A stretch of DNA of 64,000 bases, taken from positions 32,001-96,000 of the forward strand of contig CAXXHG010000022.1 of assembly GCA_963666315.2 (NCBI GenBank). The letters are read 5' to 3'. This stretch comes from Candidatus Binatia bacterium (GTDB taxonomy: Bacteria > Desulfobacterota > Binatia > Bin18). The notes under the pieces were generated by a model. It worked only from the letters and a program-made list of their open reading frames with translations. It was not told the DNA's origin and did no database searches. This document shows, piece after piece, positions 1 to 10,433 of this stretch. A program made the translations under genes and the position numbers. Numbering within the stretch: the first letter of the stretch is position 1; each line of letters opens with the position of its first letter.

Positions 1-149
1 CAACGGCCTCGGGCCTGCCCTAATCGCGCTCTTCGCCCACACTGTGAAGCAGAATCTCAGACGCTAGTCTCAGCCGACGGTACGGCGCTAAACAAACTTA
101 CTGAGACTGTCGAAACTGCTGCAGGAATCTAGTGCTCGGCCGCCCCCAT

Positions 150-168
150 AGTGTAGCAAAAGTGTAGC
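150..168. repeat. Putative arm-type site of a further element to the left
   Basis: agtgtagc repeated with an 11-bp period ~35 bp outside the att, same geometry as the other arm repeats. Confidence 0.45.
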
Positions 169-202
169 GTTTAAGGGGAACACCGTTTATTGAAAAGAAA
201 GC

Positions 203-242
203 GCGCCCTGGAAGATTCGAACTTCCGACCTACAGATTCGTA
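203..242 (-). repeat. att site: 3' half of tRNA-Arg(ACG), distal end of island A
   Basis: 40 bp (gcgccctggaagattcgaacttccgacctacagattcgta) identical to 46600-46639; identity stops in the anticodon loop. Confidence 0.93.
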
Positions 243-385
243 AGTCGTTGCCCACCAAAACCCAAAAAGGTAGCCCCCACAAGGAGTTAGGCACAACTCC
301 CCAGTTTGCCTTGTAAAAGTCGCTCTTTGCTCATCGCTCAGACAGCCCCTCGTCTTTCTCATGCACTCCTATTTCTCACTTTTTA

Positions 386-407
386 TTGGCAAACTGTTGG
401 CAAACGA
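386..407. repeat. Putative integrase arm-type site, island A left
   Basis: ttggcaaactgttggcaaacga, identical to 46509-46530. Confidence 0.8.
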
Positions 408-480
408 GACAGCGGACAGTTGACATCTTTCGTACCTCGTCGCTAATCCCTGAGGCCGGTTACGACCTGGTGTTGGGATT

Positions 481-672
481 AGAATCACCCGTGTTCTCTG
501 CGACGGTATCGACGCATACGTCGCACTTTTCACTGCTCATTCTGATGCGCCCAACGCCATAGCCTCAATCGCCACTCTGGTCGCAACTTGAGCGAGCAAC
601 CCAACTCTGGTCATCCCCCTCCTTATTTCCTATAATCCCCGACAACACGTGGGGGGCACATGGACTTTCTTG
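481..672 (+). promoter_or_regulatory. Conserved island leader with TATAAT (631-636) and first codons of an AC gene (ATG 660), truncated
   Basis: Homologous to the reverse complement of 56816-57004 and partly to 3535-3615. Confidence 0.75.
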
Positions 673-816
673 GTTTTTGCTGCCAGTACACGACGTAGAC
701 CTTAATCATACTTAATGGCACTCAGTGATAGAAGAGGGCACGTAACGTCGTGGTCCATCTATGGTTCCTTCTCCCCTCACTATCACACTCAGTCACGTGT
801 GACCTTGGGGTCTCAA

Positions 817-875
817 GAATGGCATTCAAGAGGTCGTGAGTTCAATTCTCATCGGCTCCACTCCTTTTCTCCTTA
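817..875 (+). repeat. 3' fragment of tRNA-Ala(GGC) plus 15-bp tail (relic att site)
   Basis: gaatggcattcaagaggtcgtgagttcaattctcatcggctcca: anticodon loop, T arm and acceptor strand, no 5' half; inverted copy at 51701-51759. Confidence 0.8.
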
Positions 876-1137
876 TCTTTCAGTAGCTTCGCAGATTCTC
901 TCTTCACCCCATTTCCGTCCTGAATCGGCTGGTGGCTGTAGTGATGGCTGTTGGTTCGGGAAATACCGCGTAATTGGTCGTACGCAATCATGCTTTTCCC
1001 TCTGTGTTGAGTTGTCCTTCCCTTCATTTGCTGCTCTTATCGCATCATCCGATCACGTCAGGCACATTGTTACTTAGAGAACGATCCATATCGGGAGGCA
1101 ACCCAGGTCTGAGAAGCGTAAGTAGAGAGGAGACGAC

Positions 1138-2025
1138 ATGAAAGTGGGAATCTTTTGCGTTCAACCAGATACGACTGCAGATCCGGCGGTCGTTGCGAGT
1201 CACGCCGAAGGGCTCGGCTTTGCATCTTACTGGGTGCCGGATCATATAATCCTGCCGGTCAAATATGAGACCAATTATCCGGGCAATCCTGATGATGGTC
1301 CGGATCCCGATTATTTATGGAAAATGCCGGACCCGATGATCGCGTTGATGCGCGCGGCGACTGCGACAACTACGATGGAAGTCGGGACCGCGGTTTTACT
1401 TGCGGCGGAGCGTAATCCGTTGCATCTGGCTAAGGAGATCGCCTCGCTTGATAGCTTTAGCAACGGGCGCTTTCATTTCGGTATTGGCGCTGGCTGGAAC
1501 AGAGAAGAATGCGATATTCTTGGCGTCGATTTTGACCATCGCTGGGGCCAGGTACGCGAGGCGATTGAGGTCATGCAGACCTGCTGGGTCGATGTCGAAT
1601 CAGAACATCACGGTAAATATTATGACTTCCCGGCGGTGAAGTGTTTCCCGAAACCGGCGCAGCACCCCCATCCACCGATCTATTTGCCGAGCATCATGTT
1701 TGATGACCATTGGTCGAAGCGTGTGTTCAAACGTATTGTCGATTGGGGCGACGGCTGGCTACCAGTGGTACAGGACGTGGCGCAGGTCGTCGGCGGGATG
1801 AACCAGATCAAAGAGCTTGCTGCCGCCGCCTGTCGCGAGGACAAACAGGTGCGGGTGAACGTCCTTGGTGGGGAGGGCCAATGGCGCACCCGTGGAGAGG
1901 TCGAAGCCTTTCTCGATATTGGTGTCGAACAGGTGACGATATGGTTGACTGCAGGGACGACCGATGACATTAGGCACGAACTCGACACACTCGCGGCTGA
2001 TATTTTTGGTTCTGCGTCGGTGTAA
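1138..2025 (+). CDS. LLM-class (probably F420-dependent) oxidoreductase
   Basis: AEGLGFASYWVPDH, GRFHFGIGAGWNREE and PKPAQHPHPPI motifs; RBS. Confidence 0.9.
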   Translation: MKVGIFCVQPDTTADPAVVASHAEGLGFASYWVPDHIILPVKYETNYPGNPDDGPDPDYLWKMPDPMIALMRAATATTTMEVGTAVLLAAERNPLHLAKEIASLDSFSNGRFHFGIGAGWNREECDILGVDFDHRWGQVREAIEVMQTCWVDVESEHHGKYYDFPAVKCFPKPAQHPHPPIYLPSIMFDDHWSKRVFKRIVDWGDGWLPVVQDVAQVVGGMNQIKELAAAACREDKQVRVNVLGGEGQWRTRGEVEAFLDIGVEQVTIWLTAGTTDDIRHELDTLAADIFGSASV

Positions 2026-2111
2026 CCAGTGTCCCCTTCGCGCTGAGTGATCCTTCTGCCTGTTTCCTGGTTTGATCGTTGCTGTCTAGCCGCAAGGAGG
2101 GGGAGGCATTT

Positions 2112-3086
2112 GTGACGATTTATGAGGTTGCGGATCAGGTCGTAGCATTGCTCAAGAGCCGTGGGCGCGTTTCCTACCGTTCGCTCACGCGCGAGTCCGA
2201 CTTAGATGAGCCCACGCTCGACGATCTCAAAGAAGAACTGCTCTTTTCCCATCCCGAGATAGTTGAGGTCGATGGGCGCGGTCTGGGGTGGAATCGAGCA
2301 GGAGAGACGCAGTCTCCCCCTCAACCCGCTCCCTCACCGCCGCAAGCCCGGTCCCCGTCGACCTACCGCCCCCAGCACTTAGCCGAGCGTATCCGTGCCG
2401 AACAGCAAGCGATGGAATCGCGGGGTACAGCAGACGGTGAACGGAAAACGATCACCGCGCTCTTTACCGACCTCAAAGGTTCAACAGCCTTCATAAGAAG
2501 GCTTAGACCCCGAAGACGCTCGTGCGATCATCGACCCCGCCCTACAGATCATGATGGACGCCGTGCATCGGTATGACGGGTATGTGGCGCTAGCGTTAGG
2601 CGACGGCATCTTTGCGTTGTTCGGTGCGCCGATTGCGCACGAAGACCATCCGCAACGGGCATTGTACGCAGCGCTGCGGATGCAAGAGGCGATGCGGTCT
2701 TATTCAGATCAGTCACGTCTCAAAGGGGGTATTCCCTTACAGATGCGAGTGGGGATCAACACCGGGGAAGTCGTCGTCCGCTCGATTCGCAAGGATGACT
2801 TACACACCGATTATGTCCCGGTAGGCCACTCCACGAATCTGGCTGCTCGGATGGAGCAGATCGCCACACCTGGCTCGATTGTGATGAGCGAGTATACACG
2901 GAAGTCGACGGAGGGATACTTTAATCTGAAGGCGCTGGGGGCCGCCGATATTAAGGGCGTAGATGAACCGCTCAATGTCTATGAGGTGACTGGGGCTAGA
3001 CCGCTCAGGACACGTTTGCAGGTCTCTGCTCGCCGCGGACTCACGCGCTTTGTGGATCGGCACTCGGAGATTGAGCAGCTGCAACA
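2112..3086 (+). pseudogene. Adenylate/guanylate cyclase-AAA gene, 5' part; frameshift ~2495, truncated by IS6 end
   Basis: GERKTITALFTDLKGST, GDGIFALFGAPIAHEDHPQRA and RVGINTGEVVV split over two frames. Confidence 0.9.
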
Positions 3087-3310
3087 GCACTGTCAAGTTA
3101 TCGGGGTAGAGTACGAAACTCACCTGCTGTGAGGTATGTTAGAGTCCTTTTTACGCAGGCATCCGACCGTTCCGCCAAGAGTTCTTCGACCTCCCGGAAG
3201 CTAAGCGAGAAGCGATAATACAGCCAGACCGCATGACTGATGATCTCCGAGGGAAACCGATGATTTCTATACAGACTTTTCGTACACTTCTCCTGGCAAA
3301 GCTGTGCCAA
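3087..3310 (-). mobile_element. IS6-family remnant (right IR plus N-terminal transposase fragment)
   Basis: gcactgtcaagttatcgggg matches the IS6 end at ~56090-56109; YRNHRFPSEIISHAVWLYYRFSLSFREVEELLAER. Confidence 0.85.
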
Positions 3311-3602
3311 GGTAGAGGGTTTTCCGAACGGACGACATGACGATCTGATCGATGCGACATCAAAGGCGTTCGCGAAACTAACAGGCGGTAACCGGGTTGT
3401 TCAGCGGAAGTTACTCGGGCTATAACGCGCAGACATCCCTATAAGTGCGAATCTGCCCGCCACCGGCCCCTCCCCACGGCCTTGTCCAGCTTCATATGTC
3501 TTGATTCGGCCACTGATCAGTCTCCGCGTGTCGGCGAGCCCAACCCCAACTCTGGTCATCCCCCTCCTTATTTCCTATAATCCGGGCGACAAGCGGGGGT
3601 GC

Positions 3603-4145
3603 ATGGACTTTCTTGAGGTGATCGAGCAAGCGAAAGCAGTGCTGCGGAGCAAGGGGCGGGTGACGTACCGGACGCTCAAGCGGCAGTTCGCGCTGGACGA
3701 CGATGCGCTGGACGACCTCAAAGATGAACTCCTGTTCTCTGACCCACTGATAACAGAGGTGGATGGCCGTGGTTTGGTCTGGAATGGGGCCGACTCAGCG
3801 GTGGACTACCACTTCATTCGCGGAGCAGGCTCGTTTGACCTGGACACGGCTTCGCTGGTTCCCGGACATATGACTGTGCGTGGGATGCGCCAGTGGCTCA
3901 AGAACATCACCAGCCAAGAGACCAGCAAGGGCACGCGCTATACGGTGGACGAGAGCATTGAGAACGGCACCGTCATGCTGGGCAGTCCGGAGAGTGTTGT
4001 GGCCCAGATCAAACGTCAACGTGAAGAGGGCAAACGGGGCACGCTGCTGGCCATGTTTCAGTTTGGGAATCTCGACGGAGAGCTTGCCACCCAAAACCTA
4101 GGGCTGTTTGCCAGTGAAGTATTGCCCAAGATTCGAACGGTCTAA
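3603..4145 (+). pseudogene. Chimeric ORF: AC N-terminal domain (~64 aa) fused to the C-terminal part of an LLM oxidoreductase
   Basis: MDFLEVIEQAKAVLRSKGRVTYRTLKRQF...GRGLVWNG followed by GSPESVVAQI...LFASEVLPKIR. Confidence 0.8.
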
Positions 4146-4176
4146 AGCAATAACTGCAGTTCAGCATTGAGAATGG

Positions 4177-4974
4177 ATGAGACGCATGGATCAGGCACGA
4201 GTACAACAGGCTGCTCAGCTGCTGTGGAACGCCTGGCAGGATGGCCGAAAGATTGAAAGGTTGCCTGACGCGTATCGACCTCAGAGCATCGAGGATGGCT
4301 ATGCCGTTCAGGCCATGCTGGCCACCTGTTCGGGTCAGTCCGTCTCGGGCTGGAAGATTGCCGCAACCAGCCAGGCCGGACAAGCGCATATTGGTGTGGA
4401 TGGGCCGCTGGCAGGGCGACTGCTGGCAGAGAAGATCAGCCGCAGTCCGGCAACGCTCTCACTAAGCTCGATTGGGATGCGCGTAGTGGAGCTCGAGTTC
4501 GCCTTCCGTCTGGCTCGGGATCTACCGCCTCGTGGCCGCGAGTACTCGACAGACGAGGTCATGGCAAGCGTGGCCGGCCTCCATCCCGCTATTGAGATCC
4601 CTGACTCTCGATTCCTAGATTTTAGCAGTGTCGGCCCCGCACAGCTGATCGCGGACAGTGCATGTGCGGGATTATTCGTGTGGGGCAGCGAAGCGGAATC
4701 TGACTGGAGAGCTATCGACCTTGCCGCCCAGCCCGTATCGCTCATACTGAACGGGGTGCGGGCTGGCGAGGGCTACGGCGCCAACGTGCTCGGAGATCCC
4801 CAGATTGCCCTTACCTGGCTGGCCAATGAGGTGGCGGTGCGAGCAAACGGCCTTCAGGCCGGACAGATCGTCACCACGGGAACGTGTATCCAGCCCGTCG
4901 AGATCACTCCAGATACCCGAGTTCTCGGAGACTTTGGTCCACTGGGAACCGTCGAGGCGACGTTTACTGATTAA
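4177..4974 (+). CDS. 2-keto-4-pentenoate hydratase / fumarylacetoacetate hydrolase family
   Basis: GWKIAATS, VELEFAF, AIEIPDSRF, GQIVTTGT. Confidence 0.9.
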   Translation: MRRMDQARVQQAAQLLWNAWQDGRKIERLPDAYRPQSIEDGYAVQAMLATCSGQSVSGWKIAATSQAGQAHIGVDGPLAGRLLAEKISRSPATLSLSSIGMRVVELEFAFRLARDLPPRGREYSTDEVMASVAGLHPAIEIPDSRFLDFSSVGPAQLIADSACAGLFVWGSEAESDWRAIDLAAQPVSLILNGVRAGEGYGANVLGDPQIALTWLANEVAVRANGLQAGQIVTTGTCIQPVEITPDTRVLGDFGPLGTVEATFTD

Positions 4975-4990
4975 TACGCAGAAAGACCTC

Positions 4991-5271
4991 ATGCCTATCA
5001 CGGATCCGAGTCATCTATTGGAAGTCGAACGCTTGGTCTATCACGCCCAGCCCCTGGCACTCCCACACCAATGTTCAAGATATCTCCTACGTTCTCCACG
5101 GTCGCCTGCAGATCTTCCTGCAGAACCCAAAAAGACGTCCGCCTGGCGCCCGGTGAGACGTACGCAGCGCCACCGCGCCGCCCCACCTCGTAACGAACGC
5201 TGGGGAGGAGTCAGTCGTGTTCTTGATTTTTTTTGGAGGCCAGCGCATACGATTTTATTCCGCTGTCCTGA
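4991..5271 (+). pseudogene. Degraded cupin, paralog of 8039-8377
   Basis: DNA aligns with 8039-8377, with an internal deletion and frameshifts. Confidence 0.8.
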
Positions 5272-5813
5272 CGCTCATCCGCAGGTCTCGTCTACTGGCA
5301 GAGCCAGGATCGTTACGATCGGCACCATCCCGCTAGACTCTGCGGACGAGGCAGAGAACGGCGCGGCATTTCAGACTCAAGTGAGCCTGCGCGAACAAGC
5401 CACTGACCCCATGCGCCACACCCCCGTTCCCCCGTAGGCTAGCTTGCTCCCACGCTCTCGGCTACCTTCAAAATCCGATGGTAGACTCCTTTCCCCCATG
5501 ACTTGAGGAAGTCCGGGTTCCTATAGTACTGGAACAGGAAGCAACGATCTTATAAGCACTGCCTCGGAAGGGGCTGAAAGTAGGAGAGTTTCTCCAGTAA
5601 TGACATAGTGGGAGTCTGGTCTGATTTGGGAACGCTTTTCCCTCTCCAGCCAGTTGCCCCAATCTTCTAAGCGGCTGATTAAGAAACGAAAAGCGGGTAC
5701 CCCACAATTTGTGATTCTGGGCTCAGACACAAGATCGTTGCTTCTTGCGCGTTTACTATTGGAAGCCCTATTATAACCTACACAGAACAGCCTTGGAGGA
5801 AGGAGGAAACACC

Positions 5814-6745
5814 ATGCGACAGGCTGTGTTCGTAGCAGTAGTGGCTCTAGTCCTCACGTGGGGGCACACCGCGGCTGACGAAGACTGGACGCGGTCACAA
5901 TGGGGGCCAGACGACGAGATCGGGAGCGCTAACTACCTCACCCCCGAACGCGTAAAGCTCTCTGCTAGCTTGGTCAAGACCGGCAAAACGTACGCCCTCG
6001 GGATGGTGACCGGCCCCGCCACGCCGGCCTATCCACCCCGCCATTACAAGGTGTATGTCTGGGAGCTAGAGTTGAGTGGGCCGAACAAGCTGACCGCCAC
6101 CGACGACCTCGCTGTTACCTGGCTCGGGGTCGGTAGCCAGATCGATGGGTTTGGTCACGTTGGCATCGACCATGTCCATTACAACGGCTTGAAGGCTCAA
6201 GACATCGTCTCACTCACGGGCCTCAAGAAGTTCGGCGTCGAGCAGATCCCACCAATCGTGGCACGGGGTGTGTTGCTGGATATGCGCAAGTATTATGGGG
6301 TTGAGATGGTGGCGAATGGCACGGCCTTTAACCGCAAGGAAATCGACGCAGTCTCAAAGCAACAAGGCATACGAATCCAGGAAGGAGATGTTGTTTTGTT
6401 CCACACCGGGTGGCTCAAGCAATTCGAGCAAATGGGAGAAGGCAAGGCGGGACTGGGCTATCCCGAGCCAGGACTCGGCGTTGAGGGCGCCCGCTATCCC
6501 GTTGAAAAAGGAGTTGTCGCGATCGGGGCGGACACCTGGGCGCTGGAGGCCATCCCGTTTGAGAAAGAGGCAGAACGTTTTCCAGTCCATCAGGAGCTGT
6601 TCGCCAAAGCGGGCACGTATATTCTGGAAAATATGAATACGGCCGAGCTTGCTGCTGATGAGGCGTACGAGTTCATGTTTGTGCTCGGCGCCCCCGTATG
6701 GCCGGGGCGGTGCAGATGATTGTGAATCCCATCGTAAGCCGTTAA
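5814..6745 (+). CDS. Cyclase family (kynurenine formamidase-like) protein with signal peptide; probable frameshift near the C-terminus
   Basis: WGPDDEIGSANYLT, GSQIDGFGH, GDVVLFHTGW, ILENM; AGAVQMIVNPI continues in another frame after ~6700. Confidence 0.8.
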
Positions 6746-6775
6746 GGCCGATCTGAGACGAGTCGGAGGGCGGCA

Positions 6776-7753
6776 ATGAATATGGTCAAAGATTTCACTA
6801 TATGTGTAGGCACAATTGGCACGGGACTATGGCAGAGTCCGGATGGGGGAGACACCTGGCGGATGATCCACTCAGGCCTCTGGGCAGAGAGTCGCGTGTT
6901 TAGTTTGGCCGTTCATCCCCAAGATCCTCGCGTTGTGTATGCCGGAGCCGATGACGGCATCTACCGCAGCCACGACCGGGGAGCTCACTTCGAACGCTTA
7001 GACTCTCCGATGAACGCCTTGCCGGTCTGGAAAGTCGCTCTTGACCCGGTCGACCCGGATATTCTCTTCGCAGGGACGCGTCCCGCGGCGCTCTTTCGTT
7101 CCCACGACGGAGGGCAGCACTGGGAAAAGCTCGCCGTCGACATGGCAACTGAGTGTCCCAACGTACGTATTCCACGGGTGACGGCCCTCGTTGTCGATCC
7201 GTCTGACCATGCAATCATTTGGGCTGGCGTTGAGGTGGATGGGGTGCGCCGCAGTCGAGATGGCGGGAAGACCTGGAGCCGCATTAACGGAGGGCTGAAT
7301 AACCCCGACATTCATGACATCAGGGTGAGCCCGACACCACCTACCACGGTGATGGTCTGTACCAACGACGAAATCCACGTCAGCACCGACACGGGTGAAA
7401 GCTGGCACGGCTTGGGAGTGGACAAGCCGTTTGCCCTGCCTTATTGCCGTAGCCTGACGATCAAGGCAGATGACCCTCGCGTGATCTTCGTTGCCACGGG
7501 CGATGGACCAATGGGCAGTACCGGCACGATTCAGCGCTCTCGCGATGGGGGTCAGAGCTGGACCACCTTGCCGCTGCCGGTTGAGCCGAACACCCCGATC
7601 TGGACTTTTGCCACTCATGCGGCAGACCCGGATCGGATTCTGAGCTGTAGCCATTATGGCCAAGTCTTTGTCACCCAAGACGGCGGAGACTCGTGGGAAA
7701 AGCTGCGCCAGGAGTTTGCCGAAGTCCGAGCAGTAGCCTGGATGCCGAACTAA
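6776..7753 (+). CDS. BNR/Asp-box beta-propeller protein
   Basis: Repeated SxDGGxTW motifs. Confidence 0.85.
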   Translation: MNMVKDFTICVGTIGTGLWQSPDGGDTWRMIHSGLWAESRVFSLAVHPQDPRVVYAGADDGIYRSHDRGAHFERLDSPMNALPVWKVALDPVDPDILFAGTRPAALFRSHDGGQHWEKLAVDMATECPNVRIPRVTALVVDPSDHAIIWAGVEVDGVRRSRDGGKTWSRINGGLNNPDIHDIRVSPTPPTTVMVCTNDEIHVSTDTGESWHGLGVDKPFALPYCRSLTIKADDPRVIFVATGDGPMGSTGTIQRSRDGGQSWTTLPLPVEPNTPIWTFATHAADPDRILSCSHYGQVFVTQDGGDSWEKLRQEFAEVRAVAWMPN

Positions 7754-7779
7754 ATTGGCTACACCACAAGAAGATAGAA

Positions 7780-7900
7780 CTTGGTTCAGGATCTCGGCAT
7801 TCACCACAGTAGCCGAGTGGAGGATATCAAAGGGACTGAGCACCTCACGTCGGATCAGGAACTCGCGGCATTGCTGAGCGTGTAAGACGCCCAGCACAAA
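7780..7900 (-). pseudogene. Short amidohydrolase C-terminal remnant
   Basis: LGVLHAQQCREFLIRREVLSPFDILHSATVVNAEIL resembles Xaa-Pro-dipeptidase-like amidohydrolase C-termini. Confidence 0.5.
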
Positions 7901-8038
7901 ATGCTTGACCGGACGGTCATTCTCACCCTCCTACAATGTTTTATTATGTATTGAAATGGTTATAGGTTGCGCTTTATACATATTCCACACGACAACTCTC
8001 TAAAAGCGCTGTCTGGCACTCTTCGGAGGAAAACCCAA

Positions 8039-8377
8039 ATGAAAATGGAACCGCTCAAGGATCCGAGCCATTTATTGGAGGTCGAACGCATGGTCTACCA
8101 TGCTCAGCGACCAGGATTTCGTATCGCCGAGCTGCAGCTCAGCGCCAGCCAGAAAGTTCCCTGGCACTCCCACACCAATGTCCAAGATACTTTCTACGTT
8201 CTCCACGGCCGCCTGCGGATATTTATGCAGGAGCCGAAAGGAGACGTCCGTCTGGCACGAGGTGAGACCTACGCAGTGCCACCGCGCCGTCCCCACCTCG
8301 TGACGAACGCTGGAGAGGAGTCAGTCGTGTTCTTGGTTTTGCAGGCCGGCGAATACGATTTTATCCCACTGACCTGA
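8039..8377 (+). CDS. Cupin domain protein
   Basis: PWHSHTNVQDTFYVLHG...PHLVTN. Confidence 0.85.
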   Translation: MKMEPLKDPSHLLEVERMVYHAQRPGFRIAELQLSASQKVPWHSHTNVQDTFYVLHGRLRIFMQEPKGDVRLARGETYAVPPRRPHLVTNAGEESVVFLVLQAGEYDFIPLT

Positions 8378-8497
8378 TGCTCTCACCTTGAGACCCCATT
8401 CCCGCACCGGCACTACCAAAAATGGGGTCAGAAACGATTTCTTCTGGAAACTGTGTTATGCACGGCTCGTACTGAGATTGTTGCAAAGGAGACGATC

Positions 8498-9952
8498 ATG
8501 CTGAAGACCGGTCAGGAGCATTTGGAGTCCCTGCGTGACGGGCGGGTGGTCTATATTGGCAGCGAAAGAGTCGACGATGTCACGAGCCATCCCGCCTTTC
8601 GTAATGCGGCGCGCACGGTGGCGGCGATTTACGATATGAAGGCCGACCCGGCGAATCGCGATGCGTTGACCTACGAAGAGGACGGCAGCCAGCACTCGAT
8701 TTACTATTTGCGGGCCAAGACGCGCGACGATCTGCAACGGCGTATGGTCGGGCATAGAAAAATCGCAGACCTGACGTAAGGGATGTTCGGGCGTTCGCCC
8801 GACCACGTGGCCAGCTTCGTGACCGGCATGGCCATGAAGACTGACGCGCTCAAGCCGCCGTGTGGCAATCCGGATAATCTACTCGCCTATTATCGCTACG
8901 TGCGCGACCACGATATTTACACTGTCTATGCGGTGCTTCCTCCCCAAGCCGCGCGTGACCCCGAGTTCTACCAGCGCCAAAACCTTCCAGTCCCAACGCT
9001 CCGCGTAGTGGGCGAGGCAGACGACAGTGTCATCATCTCTGGTATGAAGATGCTGGCGACGGGGGCGATCTTCGCGAATGATATCTGGATCGGTAATCTA
9101 TTACCGCTCTCGCCGGACCGGAAGAAAGAAGCCATTACGTGCGCCGTGCCGTGTAATGCCTCAGGGCTGAGCCTGTGGTCGCGCAAATCTATGGAAGCGG
9201 CCTGCCGGTCGGAGTTTGATTCGCCACTGGCGTATCGGTACGACGAAACCGACAGCATGGTGGTGTGCGATCAGGTAAAGGTGCCCTGGGAGAAGGTCTT
9301 TGTGCACGACGACGCAGTGTTGTCACGCGAGGTCTATATTAAGACCCCGAGTCACTGCTTTGGTAATCACCAGTCCAACGTCCGCTATTGGTCGAAGATG
9401 CGCCTGCTACTCGGCCTGTGTAGCAAAGTTGCCCACGCGACCGGCGCAGACCAGATTCCGGCCGTGCGAGAGACGCTCGGAAAAATGGCGTCGGTCGAGA
9501 GCGCGCTCGCCGGGATGGTACATGGCCAGATCAACGCCTATGAGAGCTGGCCGGAAGGCTATGTGTGTTTTAACCGGCGGATGATGTACGCGGCGCTCGA
9601 CTGGTGCACGCAGAACTACACGCAGTTTATCGATCAACTGCGTGATCTGTGTGGTGGGGGTGTGTTCCAGATGCCGGCGGACATTTCGGTGATAGAGGAC
9701 GAACAACTGGCCCAGCGGTTTATGACCTACTTCCAGACGCCGCAGGCAGACCCGGTTTCGCGCATGAAGTTGTTTAAGCTGGCGTGGGATATGGTCGGCT
9801 CTGAGTTTGCGGGCCGGCATCAGCAGTATGAGAAGTTTTATGCTGGCGCCTCATTTATTGTGCGCGGCCATGCATATCGGGGGACTCCGTGGGGCGAGTT
9901 CCACACCATCATCGATGAGTCGATGGCAAGCTATAGCCCACCCAATACATGA
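8498..9952 (+). pseudogene. 4-hydroxyphenylacetate 3-hydroxylase (HpaB-family) oxygenase with in-frame TAA at 8777-8779
   Basis: LESLRDGRVVYI, GRSPDHV and YDETDS motifs; both ORFs in the same frame. Confidence 0.88.
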
Positions 9953-10023
9953 AAGCTCTCCCTTTTTTCTGTGTTATAGCCGTTTGCTCTTGTGCGCCCC
10001 ATCGGACTTGAGACAGGACCGCT

Positions 10024-10050
10024 GTAGGGGCGTATTGCTATACGCCCTTA
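10024..10050. repeat. GTAG-type REP-like palindrome / possible terminator between convergent genes
   Basis: gtaggggcgtattgctatacgccctta hairpin. Confidence 0.55.
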
Positions 10051-10053
10051 TCC

Positions 10054-10416
10054 CTATCGTTTCATTCTCTCACGGTCAGGAATAAAGCGGCGCGGATCAA
10101 AGCCATCGGGCACGCCTGGCTGCTGGTACAGTTCCACGGCCGTTGTCACCTCAGCCATGGCAAGGGATAGGTATAAGAGTCGCTGTGCCTCTTCGGGCAG
10201 CGCGTCTATCGGCTCCGGTGGATATTTGATCGAAAATTGACCCAGATAGGTTAGCACAGCCTCCATGCGTGGCAGCATGGTGTCGTAGAAGGCTTGGATC
10301 TGTGTCATCGTACTGGTCAGGCGCTGCTGGTTGCGCTCCGTCTCGGTCGCCAACGCCCAGACGTCGGCCAACGGTTCAAGGTCAGTGAACGACTCGGGCA
10401 ATCTCGGATTGGACAT
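10054..10416 (-). CDS. Small conserved hypothetical protein downstream of Rieske oxygenase
   Basis: Paralog of 35167-35490 (IQAFYDT, EVTxAVELYxQP). Confidence 0.8.
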   Translation of the reverse strand: MSNPRLPESFTDLEPLADVWALATETERNQQRLTSTMTQIQAFYDTMLPRMEAVLTYLGQFSIKYPPEPIDALPEEAQRLLYLSLAMAEVTTAVELYQQPGVPDGFDPRRFIPDRERMKR

Positions 10417-10433
10417 GCCTGCTCCATCTGTAC

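Noticed and set aside
817-860. Functional tRNA-Ala genes (also 51716-51762)
   Set aside because: Both lack the 5' acceptor strand and D arm.
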